This document shows, in pieces, positions 51,313 through 64,000 of a DNA stretch of 64,000 bases (position 1 is the stretch's first letter; each line of letters starts with the position of its first letter). This DNA is from Pseudovirgaria hyperparasitica (Eukaryota). The notes beneath the pieces are model-generated. The model was given only the letters and a program-made list of their open reading frames with translations. It had not been told where the DNA came from and searched no databases. The stretch is from the NCBI GenBank assembly GCA_010093815.1, contig ML996566.1, one strand, 5' to 3'. The position numbers and the translations under genes are program-made.

Positions 51313-54159
51313 CTCGAACAAGGACGACGTAGGCTTGCATAGCTGTGTCGTCTGTAGCCCAGTCCGGCAGGCAGGCGCGCCGAAACCTTGCAGCGAATGG
51401 ACATAACTGAACATAATTGTGCAGAGATGATCGCTCTATGTTTCGTATTCGACACATCTACACTCCCTCCATGTATCATGTCTCATCCATAATGACATCT
51501 GCTCTTGCCTCTCCAAGCTCTTACAGCGGCCACGGCGCGACGTACCACTCTCACCACAAACACATCCTACGAGCCGCGCACGACGACTCTGCCTCCGCCA
51601 GCAGTCTTTCACTTCTTAGTAGCGGCAACCTTCGGATGCTCACAATAACAATAGCGGCAGATATGAATCTGCCTCGACGCTGGCTCGTGGCTTCAACAGT
51701 GGCGACACCGGGTAAGCTTTCATGCATGAACGCAATCAGAGCTTAACAGACTGACGCTGCTGTTTATAGCTCTTTGATCAAGCTACATCATTTCCACCAG
51801 GACTTGCCTTGGAGAACCTTTGTCTACGGCATTTTAAATGACCAAAGGTTACCTACAACTGTAGCTCGTCTTTGCTGCCACTCAAGTGGACATTAGCCCC
51901 GTGGTGTCGATTACTGTTTCACAGCAACACGCACACATATGAGACCACGACCGCCACCCCAGACATGAAGAGAGATATCGACCTCACAGACATGACCATA
52001 CGATGGCATGAGAACAGCAGAGGTCTCTAATTCATAGCTGGAGAGATACTGGCTGCCGCTAAACTTATAAGAGGTATGAAGGAGACAAGACAACTCACAC
52101 TGATCTTCCACACAAAGGCGTCGGAGAAACCCATTGTGTTCTCTGCCCGTTCCATTCCTATGGATGGTTGATCTTACTTCGATGTAGAGCCATCCCACAA
52201 CAGCTTCCTTCGACTATCCAGTGTTTATGAACAAGCTGCGATGGGAGCTTTGTTGTGTTCTACACACTCACATTAGACGGCAGACTCATGGCTTCCTCCG
52301 AAGCCGCTTTTCTCACCCTCATGGTTGTATTTCGTCTTACCAGCCTCGCTGACATGTACAGTCTCAGCAAGTTCCTAATCGATGAACTTACATGCGGTCT
52401 TGTGTCAAGGTCAGGCCTTCGCGGCAAGCTCTTCACCAACGACTTCTTCTGCATCTATAGCATGTCGTCTATTTTAGCATCTGCTGCGATGACTAATAAA
52501 GAGTCGATGTCACTAGTGCATTCGCTGATTGGATATCATCCGGAGACCCTTGCGTTCTATAGGGGCTAAGCCAGCAAGCGTTTGATAAGACCATAACGGG
52601 TTTAGTGCTGCGGCTACCCTGCCTTTCTTTCTGGTTAATTAATCAGTGTCTTGCAGTTTAAACAATTAATAGCGTTTCGAGACTATCGCTAGTAAGTAAG
52701 GCATGACCCTAGATAGCTACAAGTATTGTCAAGAGGTCAGGTGTATGGGAGCAAGATTCAGGCCTCGAGCCTTGGTATGTCATGCCCTTTACGTATTTTC
52801 AACATACAGCCTCTGCTTGACTCTACCTAGTGGACAAAGCAGACAGAGCTTGAAGATGGACTATGACGAATTGAACAGTCAACTCCTCTTGGAACAATAG
52901 TCGAGGGCAATGCTCAGTCTCAGGTAAACAAGTCACCATCGTCGCGTATCTTATTTTATCTACTGACATGGATTTAGTATTCTGGCTGTTACCATCCTTA
53001 ACTACGTCTGCAGTAAGACACAATCGCCGTACCCATCGTGATGTCAGCCAAGTTACTGCCGTAGTACTTGCTCACACCCGAAATTACCATTGCGAGGTCA
53101 TTTAGGGATGGTGGGCGCGATGTGAGTTACCTGTTGCGTTACGTCCGCATGGGATGCAGTCTAGTCATGTGGACATAGACTGCTATTGTTAGTTGGCTCA
53201 TTGGCTGGCTCCGACTCTCTGAGCACCCTACAGCCATCCCTTCTTTCTATGTTGTCATTCAGTACGTTCATCTGGCTTCTGCTGCCGATGACATCGAGAG
53301 CAGTTGTCGAACCTTGAAATACGACTTAGGAGTAGATAATGTTGGGAACATGTTTCGTCACGTCGGTAGTAGTCGCAAGTGTGATGCGAACATACTCTGG
53401 ACCTTGATGATTTCAGTAGAAACTGAGTTTAGATAGAGCCATGGATGACTCAGATATATAAGAGGCAGCTGTGCAATGCGAAGCTAAGTTTGTGTGTATG
53501 AATACTGAACTATGAAATCAACGTGACAGATACTACGCTAGTATCACGTAGATACCAGTATGGCATAATTCTAGTTCGCAATCCCATCGCATCGGTCAGA
53601 AGACATCACGGTACAGCCTCCCCAGGATCTATAAAACATGTCCCAGGCTGCTCATCTCCTCTCCTCTGCATCGCCTCCTGTGCTTTCTTCCCTCCTCTCG
53701 CAGGCCCCTCTCACCGTATCACCAAGCCAAGCACACTCCCCTCTGGCCATCAGCACACGCTAGCCCATTCAAGCAGCTCGCAAACATCTTGGCTCCGCTG
53801 CCACTTGGCGCCCAGAATCACTCATGGCATGCGTGCGGACATGCCCCCATCTAAAGGCACAGTAATAGATGATCGCTCCGCTAGAGAGCTATCTCTTATT
53901 ACGGTCCATCAGCTCAGACCTGCCTCTTTCGATCGTCGCGCTCGATATGACGGCTCGGGTGCCGTCTAGGCAGCCAAGATGATCGATAGCGATATGCGCG
54001 TAAGACATTTGGTCGTTTGCGTGATGCGGTGCAACGCATTCAAATTGTGACAGGTGCCGGCATTGGGCTAAAGGGAAGCTGCGATCTCGTAGTCTGCTCT
54101 TCTCGTTTCGTGAAGTCCCAATTGCCTCATTTTGTTGCAGGTCGAGCATTGCTGTCATT

Positions 54160-55732
54160 ATGAGATTCATTCGACTGAGCGCTGCCGTCGCAGCTCTTGT
54201 GACATTGGCACATGCACAGGACTTCGCCATAAGCGAGAGCTGGCGGAGTCTCGGCGAGAAGAAATATGCTGAGCTGCTATCGAAGCTGATGCAAAGAGAC
54301 ATCAAGACTGATAAGTATGCTCTGACCATTCAGGGCATGGTAATGAGCATAAATACTAACATCCCTTCTACGTAGGCTAATGAGCAACCTTGTACGTCTC
54401 GACACGATAGCGAACGAGAATGGAGGAAACCGCGCCTTTGGTCTGCCTGGCTATGCAGCTTCTGTTGACTTCATCTGGAGTCGTGTTGGAAAGATTCGGG
54501 GCACTAAGGCGTGGAAGCAGGACTTTCCGGCCTTGTTCAACAACGTTGACTCTATCTCATTCATCGTCAATGACATACCGTACTATGTTTATGGCTTGAC
54601 ATACTCTCCTTCAACGAGCGCCGAAGGTATCACTGCCCCACTTGTCCTAGGACCACTCGATACCACTGCTTGTACTGTTGATGGATTGCAAAACTACGAC
54701 TTAGCCGGAAAAATCTTGCTTGGGCAACGAGGTACATGCCCAGATGGTACAACCCTTGCGGGCCGCGTACGAGCTGGCAAGGCAGCAGGCGCTGCAGCAG
54801 TCATACTCTTCAACAATGTGCCGACGAATACCACGGCGGGGACCCTTTCAGCGCCTGACGAGGTCAATCTGGCACCAGCCGGCTTCATAAACCTGGTCGA
54901 TGGCGAGGCAATTGCTGCTCAGCTCCGCGAAGGCCAAGAGTTGACGGCATACTTCCAACAAACCCAGACAATCGAGACCCGCACAACTCAGAACATCTTC
55001 GTCGAGACCAACGGCGGCGACCCGAACAACATCATCATGCTCGGCGCACACTTGGACTCTGTCAAAGCCGGTCCCGGCATCAACGATGATGGTTCCGGCA
55101 CAACCCTAATCCTCGAAATCTTTGACGCACTGCGCAAGTACCCAACGAAGAACAAAGTGCGCTTCGCCTGGTGGGGCGCCGAGGAGAACGGTCTTGTCGG
55201 ATCCGAGTACTTCTGTGAACACCTGACTCCGGAAGAGTCTGACAAGATCTTGGCATATCTAAACTTCGACATGGTGTCGCGCGGCTACTACGGTGTGTTC
55301 GACGGCGATGGCAGCACACATGGTCTCGCAGGTGCCCCAGGCTCAGACACCATCGAGAAGATCTTCTACGACGACCTGACTAGCAAGGGCATCAATGTCA
55401 CTGCTGCACGTTTCACCGGCGGTAGTGATTATGCGCCCTTCATGCAAGTTCTGGGCAAGCCCGTCGGGGGATTACATACTGGGACTGGTGTGACAGAGGA
55501 TGACTGCTACCACCAGGCATGCGATACGATCAAGAATCCCAACCCGGAGCAATTGACCATCAACGCGAAGACAGCTGCGAATACACTGGCTCAGCTAGCG
55601 GTTCGTGGGACAGAGCTGATTCCAAAGGTCTTGGCCAATTCGACAATGGCAATGCCGCGAGATTTGCCGCAGATACAGTGGTCTGAATTTGATGAGGAGC
55701 GTCATTTGGCTGGGTGTGGTCATGACATCTAA
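54160..55732 (+). CDS. Secreted M28 aminopeptidase with PA domain (aminopeptidase Y/Lap2-like)
   Basis: Signal peptide; NRAFG; PA-domain QRGTC; GAHLDSV, GINDDGSG, WGAEENGLVGS, YLNFDM, SDY, CYHQACD; intron 54315-54376. Confidence 0.95.
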
Positions 55733-55892
55733 AAGAATTGGGATCATGCTCTGTGAACTAAAGCCGATTCGGAGTTCACGCTGAAGGTATAAACAGCTAT
55801 CCTGAGGATCTTCTCGAGTTTATGGAGATTGAATATACATATCCGTGATGAAAATGCCCTTGTGCTTGTGCTATATGATCTAGAACACCCCC

Positions 55893-58800
55893 TCAAGCAA
55901 AAACGTCAGTTGCAAACCTCTCCCCTTTCACTCCCTCAAACCATTCTTCCGCACTCTCTTCTGTAATCTCTTTCCCCTGCTCCTTCTGCCTCTCAATCAG
56001 CATCTTCATACTCATCTTCTTCACCCCTTCGCCGACATCCCGACTCCCACACACAAACACTCGTGCACCAGCCTCCCACAGCTCCGTGATCTTCTCTCGC
56101 TCCCTCCACATCACGTCCTGCACATACTTACATCCCTCGCTCTTCTCCGGCTCCCGACTGTACGCCCACAGCACCCGAACCGCCCCTATAGCCTCCCACC
56201 GCCGCAGCTCGTCCGCATGGATATCATCCTGATCCTTGTACCGACACCCCAGAATCAGCAGCGCGGGCGCAAGGTCCCGGCCCGCGCCCACAAGCGCCGC
56301 ACGTTCCTGGACGAAGCCACGGAACGGTGCTACGCCGGTGCCAGCAGCAAGCATGAAAACAGGCGTGTTTGTGACGTCGCGTGGGAGATGGAAGCTTGCG
56401 TGGCTCGGGCGTACGGACACGTAGAGCCGGTCGCCGGGTTCCAGGGAGGAGAGGTAGTTGCTCGCGACGCCGACGTGGCGGCCGGCGCCGGACAGGGCGG
56501 GGGTGTCGAGGACGGCGTACGTGAGGGTTACGTGGCTCGGGTTCCAGAGTGGGGAGGAGGAGATGGAGTATGTGCGGACGCGCATGGGCGGGAGGAGAGC
56601 GAGGAAGGTCGAAAGGGGGAGTGGGATGTTTGGGGCGAATTTGGTGAGGAGATCGAGGATTGAGACGCGCTTGCCGCTTATCTCGGCGGTGAAGACGGCG
56701 GGGTCCAGGAGGCGGGTGAGTTCGGTGTGGGTGGTGGTGTGAGAGGTTGCGGAGAGGAGGGCGGCGAGGTTTCGCTTTGAGGCGGGCTGGGCGAGCTCGA
56801 CGTATGCGCCGAGGAGGTCAGCGGCAGGTATGGGTGTGTTGGTTGGGAGGCTTGATGGTCCGCTGGTAGAGATCGTTAATACTGTGTCCCAGGCGAGCCC
56901 GAAGTGGCGCATTGCTCGTTGGACGTTCTCTTTAGGATTCAGGGGTAGAACAGCAAGATAGTCTCCAGCGGAATAGGCCATGTCGGAAGGTAGTTCAATC
57001 TCGATGTGACGTTTCTCTGGGACATTCGGTGCCGTGAGAATCTTTGTCGAGCTGACCTGGGCCTGATTGACGTCCTGTCTGAGTGTGGATGTGCGTGGTG
57101 TAGAGATCTCAATGTTGAGTTCTGATGAGAAATCAGCTCCTGTCGCTTCAGGTAAGCCATATTTCTCCTTCATAGCTGTCCAGAAAACGGTGTCCTCCCA
57201 GCTCTCAAAATCGCTGAACATGTCACCTGCTGCTGCATCTGCTTTTCCCATGGGTGCTATACGTTTACCCCCACGTTGTTCTAGCAGGCTGTCAACGAGG
57301 CTCGGGATACGATGGAATGTGTTGCCCCAGTCATGGTGACCGCAGGCAAATACTGCATAATTGACGTTCTCCATCTCTGTCCCTTTCAAACTCTCAAGCC
57401 AGGTTACAAACAATCCCGCATTGTCTGGTGGCTGGCCTTCATACGACGCGGTAATTACAACCACTGGCTCATCTGTAGGCACTTTCTCTTTCGCCGTATC
57501 CAACGAGTTAACGACGCTAGCCTGGAAGCCATGACGAGGAGCATCTGTAGCTAGCCTCTGAGCTAGAGCCTCACATGTGCCTGTATTACTGCCGTAGAAG
57601 ATTGATAGCTTTTTGAGATTGCCCTTGGGCGGAGTTTCAGCACCTCTCGACACGATACTCTCTTGAGGCACCTTTGAAGAGGTCTGTAACGCGCGCTCTA
57701 GATCTGTTGCGGTGGCTCCATGTCTCAAGTGTGCATGCATGTAAAACCCCTTCGGTTTGATGGTTAGAGTCTGCTTGTAGGCGAGTGTATATGACGGATC
57801 CGCCGCGGTGAAGTTGAAGGTCTGCAGTAGCATGGCTACGCAGAGTAGTGCTTCTTGCCACGCAAATGGCCGTCCAATACAAGCTCTCATGCCATTACCA
57901 AATGGCTTCCAGTTGTTCGGAAACTCCTTGTTACGCTTTTCGAATTCCTCGTCCAGCATACGCTCTGGTTTCCATTCATTGGCATCTTCTCCAAAAACAA
58001 TAGGATCCCGGTGGACGTTCGAGAGAAATGCCAGAATGGAGTCGCCCTTCTTAACATGATATTTCCCACCCAGAGTGGTATCCTCCTTTGCTCCAAAACC
58101 AATCATCGGAATATTGCTCGCAACACGAAGAGATTCGCGAAGTATGGCGTTTAGATATGGTAGCTTACTCATGTGCTCGACAGTAATCTTGTCGCGACCA
58201 ATGACTGTGTCGACTTCTTCTTGGGCTCTCTGGTAGGCTTGTGGGTTCTTAATCAAGAAATGGAAGGTGAATGCTAACATGCCAGAGGTCGTTTCATGGC
58301 CTGCGATTAGGAAAGTTATCAAGTTATCCGTGATACTTTCATCACTCAAGGTCTCTCCAGTCTTAGGGTCTTTGCCATTCAACATTGCATTTAACCTAGT
58401 CTACCATTAGTGACACTCGATTCTGAAAGGACTATTTTACTCAGTGACAAGGATCATAACTTTCAACTTACAAGTCTTTGTTATCATTGGGCCTCGATCT
58501 TCGAGCGGTCACAACGTCACCAGCAGTCTTCTGCAGAACTTTGATATCATCCCAGTACTTCTGATCAGTCTTACGATAGAAAGGAGCCATGAAACCTGGA
58601 CGTCGACCACGATTCCCTGATTCCAATAAGAAGTCACCCATTGCATCGATGAAAGGATGCATCTCGTCCCGATAATAGGAATTGAAGCGATAGTCCATGG
58701 CACAGAGAGCCAGAGTGTCCAAGGCAAGACGTGTAAAATCGTCGACAACATTAATTTTGTATTCTGGACCATGACGAGCCCATTTCATAGCCAGCTGAGC

Positions 58801-59284
58801 AGAAATATCATGCATTTGGTCGAACATATTCCTGATAGATAGCGGTCCGAACGCGGGCATCAAAACCCTGTGCGCGATACCCCAATTCTTCTCCTCTGGT
58901 CCAAAAGCCGTGAAGAGGCCTAGATACTGATGAGTACGTGTACACAGAACACCTGTCTTTAAAATTTACCATCATGGACTCCATTTCTAACTTGTCTCAG
59001 AGAGGAGTTCAATTGCTTTGTAAATCTGCTTTCGTCGGAAATCTCGTTCATATATTCCTGACTGCCAATCACGACTACCCGCTTACCAAGGATTGTCACT
59101 TGGTAGATAGGTCCATATATTTCAGCCCATCGCAAGAACGTGCCATGCGGAAATTCTGCGTCAATATCTGCAATGTTGCCTGCCCACTTATAAGTATATC
59201 ATGTCCCATCTATGGTGGGGGCAGGAACTTACCTATTATGGGCAGGGATGAAGGCCCCGGAATGACGGTCTCTTCAGCAGCCAT
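55893..59284 (-). CDS. Bifunctional cytochrome P450/NADPH-P450 reductase (CYP505, P450foxy type)
   Basis: AGHETTSG, PFGNGMRACIG heme motif, flavodoxin YGSNTGT and TASYEGQPPDNA, RTYSISSS, GTGVAPFRGF, C-terminal RFATDVFA; three 5' introns. Confidence 0.96.
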
Positions 59285-61383
59285 GTCTCTCGAGAATAGG
59301 TTCAATGATTGTATAGGGGGCACCTGGAGCATTTGCAAGGACTTTGGACTTATAGTTATATGAAAGAATAGAAAAGCAAAGTAGGAGCGACAGGAAGCAA
59401 CGGATTCGGGGTCGGCGAAAGCAACAACAGCTCGACCGTCATTGGTGGCGAGGCAACTTTGCATTGCAGGCTCAGCATTGGTACAGTTTCAACCTTGCAA
59501 GGGACGTGTCAGAAGATACTAACCCTTTTCGGTAACGGCCAAAGCAAACTTTGAGCCTTCCAACTGGCTCAGGGTTGGACGACAACGAGCCATTTTCAGT
59601 ATCATTAATTAATTAACATTACTATTATTACGACAGGATCGGGAAAAGGTGGAGGCGCCAATGTTTTCCCAGCTGTGCCAATCCTCCCGGACCGTTGTTT
59701 GCATGGCTCGCGGATGAGTGATTGAGACGTCCGGTAAGAAGACAGCGTAAAGAAGCTGAGGCATCGCTGTCATGCATTCTACCCCACATGTAAATGATAC
59801 TAGGAATCACTTAGTGGGCGATGATTCATTAATGCGATCTCGATTAAATTCCTGGGGCTGAATGATACCATGATGGTCATCCTGGGTCCCGATTGTTCAG
59901 TTGAGACTGCGGAGCCATTCACAATAAATGCCCGTCACCCCCCTTGGTGGTCGCGTCAATATCCTAGTGAGGCCGACTACCGAGGGAGAATCGCGGACAC
60001 GGACTCCGTTCAGTGCCCAGCGTTTTAGAGCATGTCGCTATTATCTTATCACTCAACAGTTGACAGCATGCGCAGTGATCGGCTGGTGTCTCTTCTACAT
60101 CTGTAATATCATACAAACCAATACGCGAATGCCTCTCACTGATGAGCATTGTGCACTATGTATCATATTTGGTTACTCTTAAAGCTTACGTGCCCAGATC
60201 TAAGTTGCCGCGCCACAAAACGACATCAATGCTTACAGTCTCAGTGACATTCATTGCTATCGCCAAGAACATAGAGCGCGTCACCCTCGATACTTGCCGG
60301 TTGGTACCGCTATGATGCGGCTTCTTGACGTGTATAGCTTCAAGCTAGAAACGTACTTTGAGCCAGCGATCTTAAAAATGCGATTCTCTCACACACGTGG
60401 CGCGACGAAGAAATTCTACTTCTGTATCTAGATGACTCTTCTCGATCGAAGAAAGGGTGGTACAAGCTTTTTAAGTTTTGCAATATCGCTGAGCGCAGAG
60501 ACTATACGTATGTATGTATCGACACGTGCTGCGTCGACAAGAAAGATCTGATAGCGCGCCGCTTTCAGAAGCCATTGTTTCTATGTTCCGAGCACAAGAA
60601 AGCATGTCCATTATGTAGTTTTGGACGATATCATGGCAACATCAGAGCGAAGAGCTGTCGCCCAGCGGGTTCACACGAAGCCGGACTTTGCAAGTGCTCC
60701 TGACTCCGTCCAAGGTAGTGTCTTCTTAGTAAAAAAGTGGCAAGAGCTGGTGACCAAATATACCCTTGCCTCACAGGCCTCTGATGTTACAGACATTTGG
60801 AAATGTGATTGGGACCTTGAGAGTTGTGATATTAGTCCCAAAGCTACCATGGGCAGCTACACGCAAAGTCTCTCGACTGGAAGATGGACCTATTGACTTC
60901 TGGGTCTGCCTAAAGTGTTCATGCCCTTGGTGTATCCTGGATTTAGCCTTCACACACATAATTCTTAGGAAATCCGACCCGAGCCGAAAAATACACCCGA
61001 TTGACGATCAAAGTATGACAATTCGCCTTGAATCTTAGGAAGGCGATACTATGATTTCGGCAAAGACAATATCAAGAAGGACGTTATGGAAAAATGAATG
61101 AAGGGGGTTTATAGTTAAATGCGATGGACTGATTTCACTACGGAACTAGGGATTGTCGTTTTACAATAACCACCAGATCAGGGAATAAACCATGAGATTT
61201 TGTTTGAAGAGAGCGGTCCACCGATTTTAGCATATCCCACTTCAAGTTGTCTACCTTGCGAACTATCAGGATACTTAATGTCACATAAACAAAAATGATC
61301 CCAAGAGCCGTATCACAAATATAGTTTGTTGACGCTTGCACTCGGCAAAATATGTTCCAGCGCCTCGTCCATGAACTACAGTA

Positions 61384-61801
61384 TCATTTGCACGGACTGA
61401 CACCCCAGCAATCTACGCACCATCAGCACATTGCTCAGCTTAATGCAACACACAGATCACAGCAAACAGAGACTTACTCTTCACCCAGCTGGCCGGGATA
61501 TACTCATACGGATCACGACTGATCAACTGGAACCACATGCTGGAAACGGTTAACTTTCACCATCTTCCGCCAAAACCATCGCATACCTGTCATTCTGCAC
61601 AACATCACCCCAGCGGTAGCAGTAGACAGTTACATTCTCCCCCAGCGCATACGTCTTCTTGACACGGCATTGGTTTGTGTTTGCTGAGGTGCATGAACGG
61701 CTCGTGGCGCCGGCAGTGGTCACCGCACAGGTGACCTGTGTCTGAGCGTGGACGAGAAGAGGGAGAAGGAGGGTTGTCAGGGGGATTAGGGAGAATTTCA
61801 T
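61384..61801 (-). CDS. Small secreted cysteine-rich protein with one SH3-like (cell-wall-binding-type) module; 3 exons
   Basis: Signal MKFSLIPLTTLLLPLLVHA; GTATGC and GTAAGT introns give ...KKTYALGENVTVYCYRWGDVVQNDSMWFQLISRDPYEYIPASWVKNCWGVSPCK* (~101 aa, 6 Cys). Confidence 0.8.
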
Positions 61802-62275
61802 GGTGATACTAAGGTAGGCTGATGATGGGGGAAAGAAGAGAAGAAGGTAGGCTCGTATAAGCGTGCGGAATGAAGAACGAATGTAAGGAGGACGGTAGGT
61901 TTTTATACGTTGTTTGGTGCATCTTGCTCATATTTGATGCGTGCGGGCAGCCTAAGTTTTCTTTTCAAAGAGGTCTCGTCAACGCATTTTCTACATTTGG
62001 ACCGAGGTACCTCGTTGTGGAGTTTTGTTGTTGTACATGCAGGTATGACAGCTTCGCTTAGTTCGTATTCGGGGAAGTCTAGACCTTCAGTAACGCTGAA
62101 TTTGGGTCAGCCAGTTTCCGTATCAATCTCTTGGATTGGTCTTCGGTCACAATATTATTCTACGCGTGTCAGATGCTTTGTTCGTATAACTCTACAGGCA
62201 GACGTGGCGTCCAACCCTGCTCGTTTGGATGCACAAGTTCATGAAAACGTCCTACCTCAGCTTCGGCCGGATGCT

Positions 62276-63331
62276 TCAAGCTATCACTTCACGCATTCTC
62301 GTACTCGCCTCGAGAGTTCGTTTGAGAACGATGATGTAGTGGTACACTTCTGGTCTGTACACCATCGTCCCATGGTTCTGTTCGCCTACTTGAGCTCGAC
62401 TCTCCGTGGTCACGACAGGCTGTTTGAGCACTGGCGTCCAGTATCTGATAGGATTCGGCAATGGTTCTGGCATATGAACGGGTTTTCTAAACGGTGATGG
62501 CCGAAATGGGATGCGGTCTTCGGAGAATGTAAGCATCATCCATAAGCAACTCGGCTTCGCTATCTGAGCGAGGTGAAGTGATAGTAGATTGACCGGATGT
62601 ATGAGACTGTCTTCATCGGACTTGCGTAAAGGAGGACTCCCCGAGCGACTTGTGTTTGACTGTGTGCCCTCATTTTCAGACATAGGAGATGGACTCCTTA
62701 TTTGAAAAGTCTTATAACGAGAGATAATGGACGTTGTTGAATCAAGAGATTTGAATTCGATATCTTCTCCGCATGCTATGGCGTCAGAACAAGACTTCTC
62801 TATGATGATATCGAAAGAGTCAGGTTCCAGAACAGAGAGGATGGAAGGGAATGAAAGGAGATCTACCGCCTCCCAATGCATCATGCCGGTCGATAATGGC
62901 TCACGAGGAACCGGAGGCAGTGCAGTCATATCTCTTGATGCTATCTCCTCGTCTCTCTCAACATCTTTCAAGATTTGTTGGATCATGCTTATGCGGTTTT
63001 TGTCATTCAGTTTGTCCCAAACGCCACTCTTTACAAGATCATTCTCCCATCGTCGGCCAAGCTCGACCGCATTCATGGAGAAATCAACATTCCAAATTTG
63101 CTCTGGATTGTCTACCAAGCTCCGTAATTGCATGGAAAGCAACGATGTGCCGCATCCGATATGGAGGATCTTGGGAACAATTCCCCTAGATTTGCACTGA
63201 GCTATGGCGCCGGCGACATGGTCGTCCAGAACGTTGGCAGGATGAAGCCAGTCGAATGGATTTGACTCTTTCTGGAAACGCAGATCCCAATACTCACGAG
63301 AGTAAAACGGGGCTGGTGCTCCTGAAGGCAT
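62276..63331 (-). CDS. Class I SAM-dependent methyltransferase (METTL13/EEF1AKMT4-like N-terminus)
   Basis: FYSREYWDLRF...FDW, motif I ILHIGCGTS, NVDFS, FDIIIEKSCSDAI. The start is taken at MPSGAPAP. Confidence 0.8.
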   Translation of the reverse strand: MPSGAPAPFYSREYWDLRFQKESNPFDWLHPANVLDDHVAGAIAQCKSRGIVPKILHIGCGTSLLSMQLRSLVDNPEQIWNVDFSMNAVELGRRWENDLVKSGVWDKLNDKNRISMIQQILKDVERDEEIASRDMTALPPVPREPLSTGMMHWEAVDLLSFPSILSVLEPDSFDIIIEKSCSDAIACGEDIEFKSLDSTTSIISRYKTFQIRSPSPMSENEGTQSNTSRSGSPPLRKSDEDSLIHPVNLLSLHLAQIAKPSCLWMMLTFSEDRIPFRPSPFRKPVHMPEPLPNPIRYWTPVLKQPVVTTESRAQVGEQNHGTMVYRPEVYHYIIVLKRTLEASTRMREVIA

Positions 63332-63524
63332 TTTTCTTTTGGCTTTGACGCCAGGTTTGGTGTCGCGTGTATAAGGGTACTGGCAAGCTTCTTGGCTAGC
63401 CGTTCTGAGATAGCATCGGATACCCTTCGGGCAATGCTCCGTATAATTCTCCACGAGTTTTGTATCTTCATGCCAGACTACCCATTGCGTTTCTGCTCAC
63501 AGATATCATCGATACTTAATTACG

Positions 63525-64000
63525 ATGTCACTGCCTTCAGCCAGCCGGGTCGCTCAGTTTCAGCGTTCTGCAGGACGACAGCTCCGATTCCAAACCTTCG
63601 CATGCCCATGGCTTCAGTCGAGACGGACCAAGACAACGAATGCGAACTACGAACCCATCGTCCTAGAAAAGCCCGACAGGTTTCGACCTCCTTCCCATCC
63701 GCAGCGCATTGTCAAACCCAAGCCGAAGATATACGGCCCTGATCTCACGGCGCAGCAGAAGATGGAACATAAAACCAAGCAGTATCCACACCTCATGCCT
63801 CCAGAGGACAGCTTTATGCATTGGTTCCTACACAGCAGATGGATACATATGTGGATCACACTAGTATATATTTATTCTCATATTGTGCTCTGGATTAGAC
63901 ACTAACTGCGACAGAGCGTTCTCATGTCTGCAGCTACCTACGTCTTCGTCCAGGACTTCTATCAGACTACGCCATACATGGATCTTCTACCCCCCAAGTC
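63525..64000 (+). CDS. Conserved fungal hypothetical protein, probably mitochondrial membrane; runs off window
   Basis: Presequence-like N-terminus; PIVLEKPDRFRPPSHP, YGP, KQYPHLMPP...FMHWFL...IHMWITL; intron ~63864-63914. Confidence 0.75.

Noticed and set aside
47000..54000. Intact transposon or Starship in the gene-poor interval
   Set aside because: No transposase, reverse transcriptase or tyrosine-recombinase ORF, and no LTR, TIR or TSD pair was visible.
59980..59985. CCGAGG FarA-type site upstream of CYP505
   Set aside because: A single hexamer about 700 bp from the ATG is expected by chance.
54160..63331. Possible secondary-metabolite cluster (CYP505, peptidase, methyltransferase)
   Set aside because: No PKS, NRPS, terpene or DMATS backbone and no transporter; the methyltransferase looks like a protein methyltransferase.

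Overview
Gene-dense, intron-containing nuclear DNA from a filamentous ascomycete (Pezizomycotina). Introns are short GT-AG type with CTRAY branch sites. I can support about 22 protein-coding genes and one tRNA-Glu(UUC). The conserved core from about 21 to 47 kb holds a ZafA/Zap1-like C2H2 factor, dad3, nrc-2 kinase, a LYR protein, mms2, mon2, a HIT protein, cyclin B, mitochondrial uL2 and a Zn2Cys6 factor. The more accessory flanks hold a CYP548-like P450, TBC GAP, SprT protease, Pth11-like receptor, AAA ATPase, M28 aminopeptidase, CYP505 fusion and a methyltransferase. No intact transposon, CRISPR array or secondary-metabolite backbone gene is visible. The main things worth a second look are: (i) two spliced, secreted, catalytic-domain-free proteins resembling the fungal SH3-like cell-wall-binding domain; (ii) an unannotated spliced micro-gene candidate whose second intron would hold a 53-bp x6 minisatellite; (iii) two tRNA-like A-box/B-box elements that do not fold as tRNAs; (iv) repeated, orientation-independent C/A-rich to G/T-rich skew switches. 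All family calls are by eye from motifs; no searches were run.
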